A stretch of DNA of 64,000 nt. It comes from an uncultured archaeon (GTDB lineage: Archaea > Thermoproteota > Nitrososphaeria_A > Caldarchaeales > Wolframiiraptoraceae). Positions 30,261-40,367 of the stretch are shown here, piece after piece. The stretch is from the NCBI GenBank assembly GCA_938083505.1, contig CALKCF010000006.1, positions 96,001 through 160,000 on the forward strand. Direction: 5' to 3'. The translations under genes and the position numbers were made by a program. The number at the start of each line of letters is the position of its first letter. Positions within the stretch are counted from its first letter, which is position 1. The notes under the pieces were generated by a model. The model was given only the letters and a program-made list of their open reading frames with translations. It had not been told where the DNA came from and did not search any database.

Positions 30261-30995
30261 ATGTTGATCTCAAAAAGGGCGACCATGAAGGGGTATGTAT
30301 CTCACGGCTGCTACGTGTTTGGTAATAGTTACATTGGCAAAGGCACATTCATCGATACTAATGTTGTGCTAGGTTATCCTTCCAGAAGCAAGCTTTTACA
30401 AGTAAAATTCGAAGGTCAGCAAGTGCTTGAAGTTTTAGATAGTTTAAGCAACGGCACCAGGGTAGGCGATAATTGTATCATAAGGTGCGGTACCGTGATA
30501 TATGAAGACGTGAATATAGGAAACTGCGTAGAAACTGGCCATAATGTTCTGATAAGGTCTGGCTCACAAATAGGCGATAATTGTATTATAGGCACAGGAA
30601 CCCAACTTGACGGTTCTGTAAAAATTGGCAACAATGTCAAAGTGGAATCAATGGTATACTTACCTCATTTAACTGAAATCGGCGACAATGTATTTTTGGG
30701 ACCAGGAGTGAGGGTGACGAACGACCTGTATCCGCCAAGTAAAAGGCTAGTTGGGGTGCGCATAGAGAACGGTGCCTCTATAGGTTGCGGAGCGATCCTT
30801 TTAGCCGGCATAACGATTGGAAAAGGAGCGGTTGTCGCTGCTGGCGCCGTTGTCACAAGAGACGTCCCGTCTAACGTTGTCGTTAAAGGCATACCCGCCA
30901 GATTGCATGCAAGCAAAAACGACTTCTTAAAGAAAAAATCCGATTATGAGGCAGGAGCCCATGGTGCAGTATATAAACCATCTACTCATAAATGA
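30261..30995 (+). CDS. Hexapeptide-repeat (LbH) acyltransferase, WbpD-like
   Basis: Repeated IG-N-I hexapeptides, TND-YP, GAVVTRDVP. Confidence 0.88.
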   Translation: MLISKRATMKGYVSHGCYVFGNSYIGKGTFIDTNVVLGYPSRSKLLQVKFEGQQVLEVLDSLSNGTRVGDNCIIRCGTVIYEDVNIGNCVETGHNVLIRSGSQIGDNCIIGTGTQLDGSVKIGNNVKVESMVYLPHLTEIGDNVFLGPGVRVTNDLYPPSKRLVGVRIENGASIGCGAILLAGITIGKGAVVAAGAVVTRDVPSNVVVKGIPARLHASKNDFLKKKSDYEAGAHGAVYKPSTHK

Positions 30996-31073
30996 GAGGG
31001 TTCTATAATGAATTTTAAGATTAAGTTTAAATTCACAAAATTTATATTGACATTCTGCTAAGGAGAGTATGTA

Positions 31074-31382
31074 ATGCCGGATATCTGTCCGCGCTGTGGG
31101 TTGCCAACATCGATATGTGCCTGCGGGACCATAAGTCGTGAGCAACAGCGTGTTAGAGTGAAGTTAGAGCTTAGGAAATGGGGCAAAGTATCTACCATCG
31201 TAGAAGGGCTGGACGGTAGCAAGAAAGATCTGATGGAGATAGCTTCAAAGCTAAAATCGGTGTGCGCATGCGGCGGCGCTCTCAAAAATGGTGTAATAAT
31301 ACTTCAAGGCGACCATAAAGAGAAGGTAAAAGAGGTTTTAATAAGCATAGGTATACAGCCTGAAAATATTGATGTGATATAG
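31074..31382 (+). CDS. Translation initiation factor aIF1 (SUI1/YciH)
   Basis: CPRCGLP--C-C, GK-T-VEG, LKS-CACGG, LQGDH. Confidence 0.96.
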   Translation: MPDICPRCGLPTSICACGTISREQQRVRVKLELRKWGKVSTIVEGLDGSKKDLMEIASKLKSVCACGGALKNGVIILQGDHKEKVKEVLISIGIQPENIDVI

Positions 31383-31395
31383 GGTTAAAATGTGC

Positions 31396-32364
31396 CTAAC
31401 TGGTGGAACTGACGGCGGAAGGTTGTGTAGACGTCATACCTTCTAGAACGTCCTTTAGACCTTTGAACCTGTTGCGGACCGTTACCTCTGTTACACCAGC
31501 AGCCCTTGCTATGTCTTTCTGTGTTACATTCTGACCAGTCTCTTGACATGCCATGTAAAGTGCTGCTGCTGCCATACCTACAGGGTCCTTTCCTACGGTC
31601 GCACCTCTTGATGAAGCTAATGTTAGCACCTTAATGGCCTCTTGGACAACTTTTTCTTCCAAGTTTAGCTTTGACGCTATCTTGTAGAGATAGATTTTGG
31701 GATCGGAAACAGGTACCTTAAGGTTTAAGTGCTTCAAGAGCAAGCGGTAGCCCTGAGCTATTGTCTTTCTCTTCACCACAGGATATGCCTTCTCGAACTC
31801 CCTTAAGTCCCTCGGTGTGTCCATCATCCTGCATGCCGCATAAGTTGCTGCTGCCATTATGGACCTTATTGACCTTCCTCGAACGAGACCGGCTTTCAGT
31901 GCATTCCTGTATATCAGCATAGCCCTCTCTGCAACCGCCTTCGATAGATGTAGCTTGTCAACATATATTTCAAGAATGTTCACCGCTTGCTGGAGATTTC
32001 TAGTCTCAGACGTGTTAACTTGTGATATCGCATCAAGCTTCTTGAGCCTGAGCATCTTCTCTTTAACTTCTTTGGGAAGCTTCCTACCTGCCGCATCCTT
32101 ATCCACTTTTTCAATAACTGTCGATAGTCCATGGTCTCTATACATTATAGAGAGTGGCGCGCCAACCCTACTACGGCTCTCGTCTTCTTCATCTACGTTC
32201 CTCCACTCAGGACCCCAGTCGACGTCCCTCTCAAGGATGACGTAGCCGCAGACAGGGCAGCTCACTTCACCGGTCTTAGCATCGGTTATCAGGGCTGTGT
32301 TTCCACATTCTGGACAGATCATGTCGTCCTTCAAGCCTCTTATTTTTGGCATACGCTTTCTCAC
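31396..32364 (-). CDS. tfb: Transcription initiation factor IIB
   Basis: Zn ribbon CPEC..CPVC, GPEWR, SRVG-P, two cyclin repeats, VTEVTVRNR. Confidence 0.98.
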   Translation of the reverse strand: MRKRMPKIRGLKDDMICPECGNTALITDAKTGEVSCPVCGYVILERDVDWGPEWRNVDEEDESRSRVGAPLSIMYRDHGLSTVIEKVDKDAAGRKLPKEVKEKMLRLKKLDAISQVNTSETRNLQQAVNILEIYVDKLHLSKAVAERAMLIYRNALKAGLVRGRSIRSIMAAATYAACRMMDTPRDLREFEKAYPVVKRKTIAQGYRLLLKHLNLKVPVSDPKIYLYKIASKLNLEEKVVQEAIKVLTLASSRGATVGKDPVGMAAAALYMACQETGQNVTQKDIARAAGVTEVTVRNRFKGLKDVLEGMTSTQPSAVSSTS

Positions 32365-32554
32365 CTAATTTTTATATAAAGGTTACGAAATCTATAACTA
32401 AATTTGCACACTTAGTATATAAGCTTTTTGCTTTTACGGTAAGACGATATAACGCATAGACCCTTCTGGTTAGAAGCCGATCTTATACCTTTCGTTACAA
32501 ATAAGGTAAAGATATTAATAACTATAATATAAGATATTAAGAGAGCTTCGAAAA

Positions 32555-33997
32555 ATGAGGATAAAGGTTTATAACACCCTTACCAAGCGGTTGGAAGATT
32601 TCGAACCTTTCGAAGGCAATTTTGTTAAGATGTATGTATGTGGACCGACTGTCCAAGATGTGGCACATCTGGGTCATGCAAGAACCTATATAGCTTTTGA
32701 CGCCATAATAAGATTTCTTGAATACCGGGGGTACAGGGTGTTTTATGTTAGGAACATCACGGATGTCGGACACATAAGGGAGGAGTCTGGAAGGGATAGA
32801 ATACTTGAGGGAGCTGATAGGGAAAAGCTTGAACCAATGGAGCTCGTGGATAAGTACATGTTGATGTTTTTTGAGGATATGGATGCATTAAAGCTCAGAA
32901 GACCGAACATACAACCTAGGGCAACGATGCACATACTGGATATGATCGAGGTTATTAAGTCGTTAATAGAAAAAGGCTATGCATATGAGGTAAATGGTAA
33001 CGTATACTTTGATGTCTCAAAATTCCCAGATTATGGCAAGTTATCCGGAATCAAGTACGAAGAACTCATTAAGCATAGAATAGAGCCTGACCCAAGGAAG
33101 AGGAATCCGGCCGACTTCGCACTTTGGAAGAAAGCTGAAAAGGGGTATCTTCTAAAGTGGCCTAGCATATGGGGTGAGGGGTTTCCTGGATGGCATATAG
33201 AATGCTCGGTCATGAGCATGAAATACTTGGGACCGCAGATAGATATTCATGGTGGTGGGCAAGAGCTCATACTACCCCATCACGAGAACGAGATAGCCCA
33301 GTCAGAAGCGCATACAGGTAAGAAACCTTTTGTTAAGTATTGGTTACACACTGGCTACTTAACAATAGCTGGTGAAAAGATGTCAAAATCCTTAGGAAAC
33401 TTTGTGACGATAAGAGAGACGTTGAAAAAGTACGATGCTGACACTATAAGGTTTTTCGTACTTTCCTCACACTACAGAAGTAACATAGATTATAACGAAG
33501 AAACCATGAGGAGAGCGGCGGACGCTATCGATAGAATTAAGTCTACACTAAGAGATCTATATTATGAAAAAGAGGATGCCCGTTTAGGAGATGATGAAAC
33601 AGTATCGAAGGTTTGCGCAGAAATGAGGAGGAGATTTATAGAAGCCATGGAGATGGATTTCAACACACCCGAAGCCCTCTCTGTAATTCATGAATTGACA
33701 CGTAAAGCGAACGCGTACCTCTCGTCAAAGGCTGTAACAAAAACAGGAATCGATACTTACTACAATACGATACTAGAGCTTTGTAACTCCGTAGGTCTTC
33801 TGCAAAACTTTAAACCGAATATAGAAATGGATAATTTTATGGTTTCAGGAATTTTAAGGATACTGCTTAATCTTAGGGAAGAATTAAGGAAAAGGGGCAT
33901 ATACGATTTAAGCGACCGTATTAGAGAAGACCTCAAAGAAATTGGGATGTTTATCGAAGATACGAAGGAAGGGCAAAGGATAAGGTTGAAGAAGTAA
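32555..33997 (+). CDS. cysS: Cysteinyl-tRNA synthetase
   Basis: YVCGPTV, HLGH, DFALWK, PGWHIECS, PHHENE, KMSKS. Confidence 0.98.
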   Translation: MRIKVYNTLTKRLEDFEPFEGNFVKMYVCGPTVQDVAHLGHARTYIAFDAIIRFLEYRGYRVFYVRNITDVGHIREESGRDRILEGADREKLEPMELVDKYMLMFFEDMDALKLRRPNIQPRATMHILDMIEVIKSLIEKGYAYEVNGNVYFDVSKFPDYGKLSGIKYEELIKHRIEPDPRKRNPADFALWKKAEKGYLLKWPSIWGEGFPGWHIECSVMSMKYLGPQIDIHGGGQELILPHHENEIAQSEAHTGKKPFVKYWLHTGYLTIAGEKMSKSLGNFVTIRETLKKYDADTIRFFVLSSHYRSNIDYNEETMRRAADAIDRIKSTLRDLYYEKEDARLGDDETVSKVCAEMRRRFIEAMEMDFNTPEALSVIHELTRKANAYLSSKAVTKTGIDTYYNTILELCNSVGLLQNFKPNIEMDNFMVSGILRILLNLREELRKRGIYDLSDRIREDLKEIGMFIEDTKEGQRIRLKK

Positions 33998-34052
33998 CGT
34001 CTAACTAGTTTTATATACCTTAGCGCTTTATGAACAAGTAGGGTGTTGTAAA

Positions 34053-34754
34053 CTGAAAGCAGTAATTCTCGCAGGAGGTTATGGGAAAAGGCTCAGACCC
34101 CTGACTGAGAACGTTCCAAAACCACTACTCAACGTTTTAGGAAAACCGATACTCTGCTGGCAATTTGAGTGGTTAAAGGCTCATAACATCACCGAGATAA
34201 TAATATGCACCGGTCATTTAAAAGAAAAGATCATAGGCGACGTTGGTAGCGGCCAGAAGTTCGGCGTGAAGGTGGGTTATCTTGTGGAAGATGAGCCGTT
34301 AGGGACCGGTGGGGCTCTTAACAATGCAGCACACCTTCTTAGCAAAGATAAGTCATTTATTGTAATTAATGGTGACGTATTAACAAACCTGAATCCAATA
34401 GAGTTAGTCGAAGCGCTTCGGGATGATATTATTGGGGCCATAGCTGTGATTCCTTTACCATCACCTTACGGTGTAGTGACTTTCGATAATACTACGTTTA
34501 AGATAATCGAGTTTAAGGAGAAGCCCAGGCTTTCAGATTATTGGATAAATGCTGGCATCTATGCCTTTACCCCTAAGGTCTTCGATCACTTACCACGGCA
34601 GGGCGATTTGGAGAAGACTACTTTCCCAGAGTTGGCGAGTCGGGGGTTGCTTAAAGCTGTGCCGTTTAAAGAATGTGAGTGGATAAGTATAGACACTTAT
34701 AAAGATCTTGAAGATGCGGCAAAACTCTTAAAGAGCTTAAGCTTTAATCATTAA
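34053..34754 (+). CDS. NDP-sugar pyrophosphorylase / nucleotidyltransferase
   Basis: Frame upstream of the tracked GTG reads (CTG)KAVILAGGYGKRLRPLTENVPKPL; also EPLGTGG, NGD, EKP, INAGIY. Confidence 0.92.
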   Translation: MKAVILAGGYGKRLRPLTENVPKPLLNVLGKPILCWQFEWLKAHNITEIIICTGHLKEKIIGDVGSGQKFGVKVGYLVEDEPLGTGGALNNAAHLLSKDKSFIVINGDVLTNLNPIELVEALRDDIIGAIAVIPLPSPYGVVTFDNTTFKIIEFKEKPRLSDYWINAGIYAFTPKVFDHLPRQGDLEKTTFPELASRGLLKAVPFKECEWISIDTYKDLEDAAKLLKSLSFNH

Positions 34755-34760
34755 GCGACG

Positions 34761-35267
34761 TTATAGCTTTTTCGCCATGACGTATGCATCTTCACCATCC
34801 ATATAATAATGTGCCAGCACCTCTACTTTCTGGAAGCCAAGTTTCTCATACATTACAATAGCTGGTTTATTGGAGACCCTTACTTCTAGATAAACTTCGT
34901 AGCAGTTATAATCGTGCTTCAGAGCTTCCATCGCACATTTCATCAGGGCCGTACCTATGTGCATCCGTCTGTAATTTGGAAGAACTGCTATGGATACTAT
35001 GTGACCTACCTTCTTCAGCTTAAGCCTTTCTATCTTCGAAAATGTCCGTTCTACCCTACACATAACATAGCCTACTATCTTCCTGTCACATTCTGCGACA
35101 AAGAAAGCTTTCGGAGCATCCCTATAGAGCGTTTCGAAGAAAGAGAACGTATAATTTTCCGGGAGACATAATCTGTTAATATGCATTACTTGAAGTAAAT
35201 CGTTCGGATTTACATTCCTTATAACAATGTTTGGTGGGGTTTCGATATATCTCGAAAGACCTTCCAC
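34761..35267 (-). CDS. ard1: N-terminal acetyltransferase (Ard1/RimI, GNAT)
   Basis: LPENY, GHIVSIAV, LEVRVSN, YY-DGEDAY. Confidence 0.93.
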   Translation of the reverse strand: MEGLSRYIETPPNIVIRNVNPNDLLQVMHINRLCLPENYTFSFFETLYRDAPKAFFVAECDRKIVGYVMCRVERTFSKIERLKLKKVGHIVSIAVLPNYRRMHIGTALMKCAMEALKHDYNCYEVYLEVRVSNKPAIVMYEKLGFQKVEVLAHYYMDGEDAYVMAKKL

Positions 35268-35338
35268 GCACGGTCACCAACACATATCTTCATTCTAAGG
35301 ATTAGATAAAGATATTTATTGAGGTTTTGACGTAAAGA

Positions 35339-36457
35339 TTGTTGCGAGAGTATTTGTCAGAATTCGGGTACGGCCTAGCCGAGTTAGAGAACATAAAGAC
35401 TTTTATTACAAAAAGATTTACCGTCGAGGATGTGTTTTTTGAGGAAAATATTCTTTCCTTTATTATAAAGGAACGTTACATTAAAGAACCATTCAAAGAG
35501 TTGGTTTTTGACCTAAGAAGCATCGGATATGTTCCAATAGCAGTTCAGGAAGGTGACAGGATACTTATAAGAGTGTTTCCCTACAGAAAAGTCGTCGAGA
35601 AAACGAGCAGGATACCTTTGATATTGTTCTTCGTTACACTCGGCACAGTATCTATCGATGGTTATTTACGTTCTCTATCGTATGCCGACATATTTTCTAG
35701 AACATTCGGCCAGTTTAATGTTATAGAGGTTTTATTAAACACATTGCTTTTCTCCGTCGCTCTAATGTCTATAATAGGTCTGCATGAATTTGGTCACCTC
35801 CTTTCGGCTAAGGCTAGCGGCATGGATGCAACACCTCCATACTTCATACCAGGAGTGCCAGGCCTTATGCCGACGTTCGGAGCGGTCATATTCCAAAAAG
35901 ACCCCGCGATTAACAAAGACAGCCTATTCGACAGCGGCATAAGCGGTCCTGTCATGGGGTTCATCGCAAGCATGTTTGTAGCGATAGCCGCCTTCTTGAC
36001 AGCTAACTGGCTGAGCGTATCAGAATACGAATTTGTCCAGACATTAATAGCAAGGGAGGGGGGCGTGTTTCTACCTTCGCCGCTCGCATTCTATTTGCTC
36101 AGACCTATTTTTGGTAAACCGGATATGGTACCCTTCTTTTCCACATTAGGTTTCGCAGCATGGCTTGGTATGGTTGTGACTGCGATAAATTTATTCCCTG
36201 CATGGCAGCTGGACGGTGGTAGAATCTTCAGACCCATACTATCGAGAAAGCAGTACATCATAGCTTCGTACGTTTCGGCACTTGCCTTAATAATAATGGG
36301 ATATTTTTTGTTAGGCATCTTAATCTTACTCATATCTTCCCGAACACCTGATATAGTGCCGCTCGACCAGGTCTCACCACTTTCGAAGAAAAGGAAGTTA
36401 GCCCTTTTGGGAGTTGTTGGAATTCTCGTTCTGACCTTTGTCCCTCTCTCCTTCTAA
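35339..36457 (+). CDS. Site-2 protease (M50 family)
   Basis: HEFGH, SGP, NLFPAWQLDGG, TM helices. Confidence 0.93.
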   Translation: MLREYLSEFGYGLAELENIKTFITKRFTVEDVFFEENILSFIIKERYIKEPFKELVFDLRSIGYVPIAVQEGDRILIRVFPYRKVVEKTSRIPLILFFVTLGTVSIDGYLRSLSYADIFSRTFGQFNVIEVLLNTLLFSVALMSIIGLHEFGHLLSAKASGMDATPPYFIPGVPGLMPTFGAVIFQKDPAINKDSLFDSGISGPVMGFIASMFVAIAAFLTANWLSVSEYEFVQTLIAREGGVFLPSPLAFYLLRPIFGKPDMVPFFSTLGFAAWLGMVVTAINLFPAWQLDGGRIFRPILSRKQYIIASYVSALALIIMGYFLLGILILLISSRTPDIVPLDQVSPLSKKRKLALLGVVGILVLTFVPLSF

Positions 36458-37645
36458 AGATACCGAAATTCTTGAACCATCCGGGACAAACGTTACGTTA
36501 CATTCTTTTCCTTTTATCCTTAAGGCATAGGAGAGTGCATCCGATAATGTGTCAAATGCTTTTGCTCCCAACAACCTTTCTACGTAGGTCTTAGGCAGAG
36601 TCGAGACCAGAACTATCTTGTACTTTCTATACAAGAGTTTAAACTTATTGATGAGTACCGCTTCATGATGGATTATGCTTGACGGACGATAATCATCTTT
36701 CTCTAATACGTACCTGCTAAGCTCTGTTACAAATTCAGGACTGCCTAATCCATTAGTACACTCGCTTACTAGTATTAGGACGCCGTCATTCTTTATTATG
36801 TGTTCAAAGTTTCCTAAAGTTTGGAGTGTGTTCATCAATGTCGAATCGTAAGGCGTACCTCCTGGGCTTACTATGAGTATGTCTGTTTTATCCTTTAACC
36901 TTACCGTTAGGACGTTATGTGCTAAATTGGACGCGGAGGCCGCAACACTTTCCGGCTGTCCCGCGAAAACTTTCACAAGCCCTTTTTTATCTGAGTGGAC
37001 TGTTTGTAAGGCAATGCTGGGTTTAAGATTGTTAGCAAGCTCCCACAGACTTTCTATACTCTTTGCACGTTTCGGTCTTGATTTTGTGTGCGTCGCCCCC
37101 ATAATGATTGTGTGTCTGTAATCAAGTAGACCGTAAGTACCATGGTGCTCTGTAGGCAGGAGCACGATTTTAAGGTCGCTATTCAAGTAGTCTCGATGAA
37201 CCTGGAGACCGCTAACATCCTCTAAAACCCATCCAGAAGATTCTGAGTAACGGTCCACAATGGCTACGTTAATATTAGTGACATCGACACCTTCAATGTT
37301 TGTGAAATTTTCAATCCCCACTTTACCGTATCTCCAAGGTGAAAGCAGCACGTGTAAAGATGCCCCATCGCTCTTGTGCTGAACAATAAAATCAATTACT
37401 TTTCTGTATACGCGTAAGAAACTTTCGGTCGGTAATTGGGTATCGACCAAAAGCGAAATTTTCTTAGGCGGTCGTATTAACCTTTCGAACTCCCCATGCC
37501 CTAAACTCTCAATAGCTGACTCTGCCTCTGCTTCAACATTATTGACCTCGACTGACCTACTCGGCTCTGCTACAACGCACTGTATTTCTGATGGTACGTC
37601 AACAAATATCTCCGTTTTGCCATACTTTAGCCAAATCTCGACCAA
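36398..37645 (-). CDS. LarA (lactate racemase)-domain protein, degenerate
   Basis: N-terminal L-YG, DILIVSPGG-PYD, G-LILVSEC--GLG, terminal V-PDG; usual nickel-pincer motifs not recognisable. Confidence 0.75.
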   Translation of the reverse strand: MVEIWLKYGKTEIFVDVPSEIQCVVAEPSRSVEVNNVEAEAESAIESLGHGEFERLIRPPKKISLLVDTQLPTESFLRVYRKVIDFIVQHKSDGASLHVLLSPWRYGKVGIENFTNIEGVDVTNINVAIVDRYSESSGWVLEDVSGLQVHRDYLNSDLKIVLLPTEHHGTYGLLDYRHTIIMGATHTKSRPKRAKSIESLWELANNLKPSIALQTVHSDKKGLVKVFAGQPESVAASASNLAHNVLTVRLKDKTDILIVSPGGTPYDSTLMNTLQTLGNFEHIIKNDGVLILVSECTNGLGSPEFVTELSRYVLEKDDYRPSSIIHHEAVLINKFKLLYRKYKIVLVSTLPKTYVERLLGAKAFDTLSDALSYALRIKGKECNVTFVPDGSRISVSLEGERDKGQNENSNNSQKG

Positions 37646-37713
37646 ATCTTTCCGACCTTCCCATAGTAAGCTGATAAGATTGATATAAGTGATTATACGT
37701 ATGTAACATCGCT

Positions 37714-38337
37714 ATGGAACCTCAAGAAATCCTTTCGTTTATATCTTCAAGGGCAAGCGCAAAGGTTCCGGGCGATGGTGATGTATCATTTGACGAGGTT
37801 ATAAGAGCATTGGAGGTTGCAATCTCCGCACCGTCAGCGCACAATGCTCAACCCTGGAGATTCGTCATTGTCAAGGATTCAAAAGTGAAGGAAAAGCTGA
37901 TCGAGGAAATGGCAGTCTCGTGGCGTGAAGATTTAAGGAGAGATGGGCTGGATGAGAAGATTATAGACGAAATCATAAGAACATCAACAGAGAGAAGCAT
38001 GAATGCCTCAGCCATCATCGTAGTATGTCTTACGATGGAGAACATGCATAAGTACCCTGACGATAGGCGGAACAAATGCGAGTACATAATGGCAGTCCAA
38101 TCAGTAGCCGCAGCAATAGAGAATATGCTTTTGGCATTCCATGCGATGGGCATATCAGCCTGCTGGAGGTGCGGTGCATTATTTGCTCCGGAGGTTGTAA
38201 GGAAGGTTTTAAGACTTCCAAATACTTTCGAGCCGCAAGCGATCGTAGAGGTCTCACGTGGCGGCATCTCATCAAAACCTCCTAGGAAACCATTAAATGA
38301 GGTTGCGTGTCTGAACTTTTGGGGAAATTATATATGA
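37714..38337 (+). CDS. Nitroreductase-family protein resembling the FbiB C-terminal domain (FbiE-like)
   Basis: APSAHNAQPWRF, WREDLRRDG, AA-ENMLLA-HA-G--CW, LP--FEPQ; ATGA-coupled to cofD. Confidence 0.85.
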   Translation: MEPQEILSFISSRASAKVPGDGDVSFDEVIRALEVAISAPSAHNAQPWRFVIVKDSKVKEKLIEEMAVSWREDLRRDGLDEKIIDEIIRTSTERSMNASAIIVVCLTMENMHKYPDDRRNKCEYIMAVQSVAAAIENMLLAFHAMGISACWRCGALFAPEVVRKVLRLPNTFEPQAIVEVSRGGISSKPPRKPLNEVACLNFWGNYI

Positions 38338-39260
38338 TAACAGCTCTTGCTGGTGGTGTCGGAGCCGCCAAGCTTATTGATGGGCTCTCTTCGATAGTTC
38401 CACCTGAGAAGCTGACGATAATAGTGAATACGGGAGACGACTGCGAGTTTTACGGCCTACATATCTCGCCCGATGTCGACATAATCACCTATACTTTGGC
38501 AGGGCTGGTCGATGAGGAAAAAGGATGGGGTATAAAGAACGATACATTTAACTGTCTTGATATGCTAAGGCTTTATGGTTATGATACGTGGTTCAAGCTC
38601 GGAGACAAAGATCTAGCAACCCATATCCATAGAACTATGATGTTGAAGTCTGGTTACAAGCTCTCCGAAGTAACGAGAGACATATGTGCTAAGCTCCGTA
38701 TCAAGCAAAAGATCATACCAATGACCGATGACTACTTCGCGACGAAAATAAAGACTGATAGGGATACTCTGCATTTTCAAGAATATTTGGTGAAAAGGGG
38801 CTCTGTTGATGTCGTTCGCGATATTATATACGACGGTGCTGAGGTTGCAAAGCCGGCACCAGGTGTTATAGAGTCGATAATGGATGCTGAGATCATCATA
38901 ATATGTCCGAGCAACCCTTTAGTGAGTATAGGCACGATACTTGCCATTAAGGGCGTGCGTCAAGCCCTGAAGGGGGCCAAAGCCAAGAAGGTTGCGGTTT
39001 CACCTATAATTGGCGGTACCGTAGTCAAGGGACCTGCAGACAAAATGATGAAGTACTTAGGCATGGAAGTCTCCGCTCTAGGTGTAGCCAAACTTTATTC
39101 CGACTTCTTAGACATATTCGTAATAGACGAGGTTGACGCTCCACTTGCGCATGAGGTTGAAAAGCTGGGCATAAAGGCTGTTATAACCAACACGCTGATG
39201 AGGACCAGAGAAGATAGGATCAGGTTAGCGAAGTTCGTCTTAGATATTGCTTCTACATAA
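38334..39260 (+). CDS. cofD: 2-phospho-L-lactate transferase
   Basis: LAGGVGAAK, NTGDD, SPD-D, F-LGD-DLATH, HFQEY, PSNP-VSI, KGPA. ATG at 38334. Confidence 0.97.
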   Translation: MITALAGGVGAAKLIDGLSSIVPPEKLTIIVNTGDDCEFYGLHISPDVDIITYTLAGLVDEEKGWGIKNDTFNCLDMLRLYGYDTWFKLGDKDLATHIHRTMMLKSGYKLSEVTRDICAKLRIKQKIIPMTDDYFATKIKTDRDTLHFQEYLVKRGSVDVVRDIIYDGAEVAKPAPGVIESIMDAEIIIICPSNPLVSIGTILAIKGVRQALKGAKAKKVAVSPIIGGTVVKGPADKMMKYLGMEVSALGVAKLYSDFLDIFVIDEVDAPLAHEVEKLGIKAVITNTLMRTREDRIRLAKFVLDIAST

Positions 39261-39268
39261 AGAAAAGC

Positions 39269-40282
39269 TTAAGGTACCAAGACGGCTCTTGTCCTGACCT
39301 CACTCCTTTTCAGCTTTTTGAGGACCTCGTTCACTTTTTCTAAGGGATATTTCTCGCAGACGGGTTTTATCTTTCCGGCACGTGCCAACTCTATCACGTC
39401 CCTCATCATCCATCTGGAGCCGATCACTGAGCCGACTATCCTTTTCTCCTCATGGAAGAAGAATTCGCCAAGTTTGATGTGAACACCAATGACAACAGTT
39501 CCGGACGGTTTTGTGATCCTTATCGCTTGCTCAGCAACAACATCCGAGGGGGCAAAGACTATACTGGAATCGACCCCACCCAGTTTTTTTATCTCCTCCA
39601 CCGGGTCGCTGGTTGATGAATTTATTATTACATCGGCCCCCAGCTCCTTTGCCACCTCCAAATGCTCTCTGCTCCTGCTGACCGCTATGATCTCAGCACC
39701 ATAAAGTTTAGCAATTTGGACGACCATGTGACCTACTCCGCCTATACCGAAGACTGCCACTCTCTTCCCTGGCTTTAGCTCCGCCTTAAGTACTGCACCA
39801 TATGCTGTTATACCAGGACAAAACAGCGGAGCAGCTTCAATTGGGTCTAGGTTATCAGGTATTGGATAGACGTACCGCCAGTCGGCAAGAACGTACTCGG
39901 CGTATCCGCCATCAACGGTCTCACCAGTTATCTTCTTACCAGGGCAAAGGTGCTCAAGTCCCTTTAGACAGTATTCACACTTACCGCAGGCAGTCCAGAG
40001 CGGTTGAATACCCACCCTCTGTCCAATACTCAAACCCTCCACACCTCGACCTAATTCGTGTATCGTACCTACTATTTCATGTCCGGGTATTATCGGTGAC
40101 TTTGACGGCAAACCATACTTGACCCAATCCCCCTCGATCATGTGTAGGTTTGACCTGCATACGCCGCATGCTTCTACTTTAACTATAATCTGTCCATCTT
40201 TTGGTTCAGGTATGGGTACATCCTCAACAACAATCGGATCATTCTCGACGGGTGCCGGCTTATAGAGAAGTGCTGCTTTCAT
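39269..40282 (-). CDS. Zinc-dependent alcohol dehydrogenase (MDR family)
   Basis: CGVC, PGHE-VG, structural Zn CGKCEYC...C, GIGGVG. Confidence 0.94.
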   Translation of the reverse strand: MKAALLYKPAPVENDPIVVEDVPIPEPKDGQIIVKVEACGVCRSNLHMIEGDWVKYGLPSKSPIIPGHEIVGTIHELGRGVEGLSIGQRVGIQPLWTACGKCEYCLKGLEHLCPGKKITGETVDGGYAEYVLADWRYVYPIPDNLDPIEAAPLFCPGITAYGAVLKAELKPGKRVAVFGIGGVGHMVVQIAKLYGAEIIAVSRSREHLEVAKELGADVIINSSTSDPVEEIKKLGGVDSSIVFAPSDVVAEQAIRITKPSGTVVIGVHIKLGEFFFHEEKRIVGSVIGSRWMMRDVIELARAGKIKPVCEKYPLEKVNEVLKKLKRSEVRTRAVLVP

Positions 40283-40367
40283 GTTTAGCAGATTCTAAAT
40301 TATTTCTTATAAAATTAACTCTTTGCTATCGTGTAGGTGCATGAAATTTTCGTAGCGGGATGTATTT

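Noticed and set aside
30463-30586. Direct repeat TAGGCGATAATTGTAT occurring twice
   Set aside because: Explained by hexapeptide repeats (GDNCII) in the acyltransferase.
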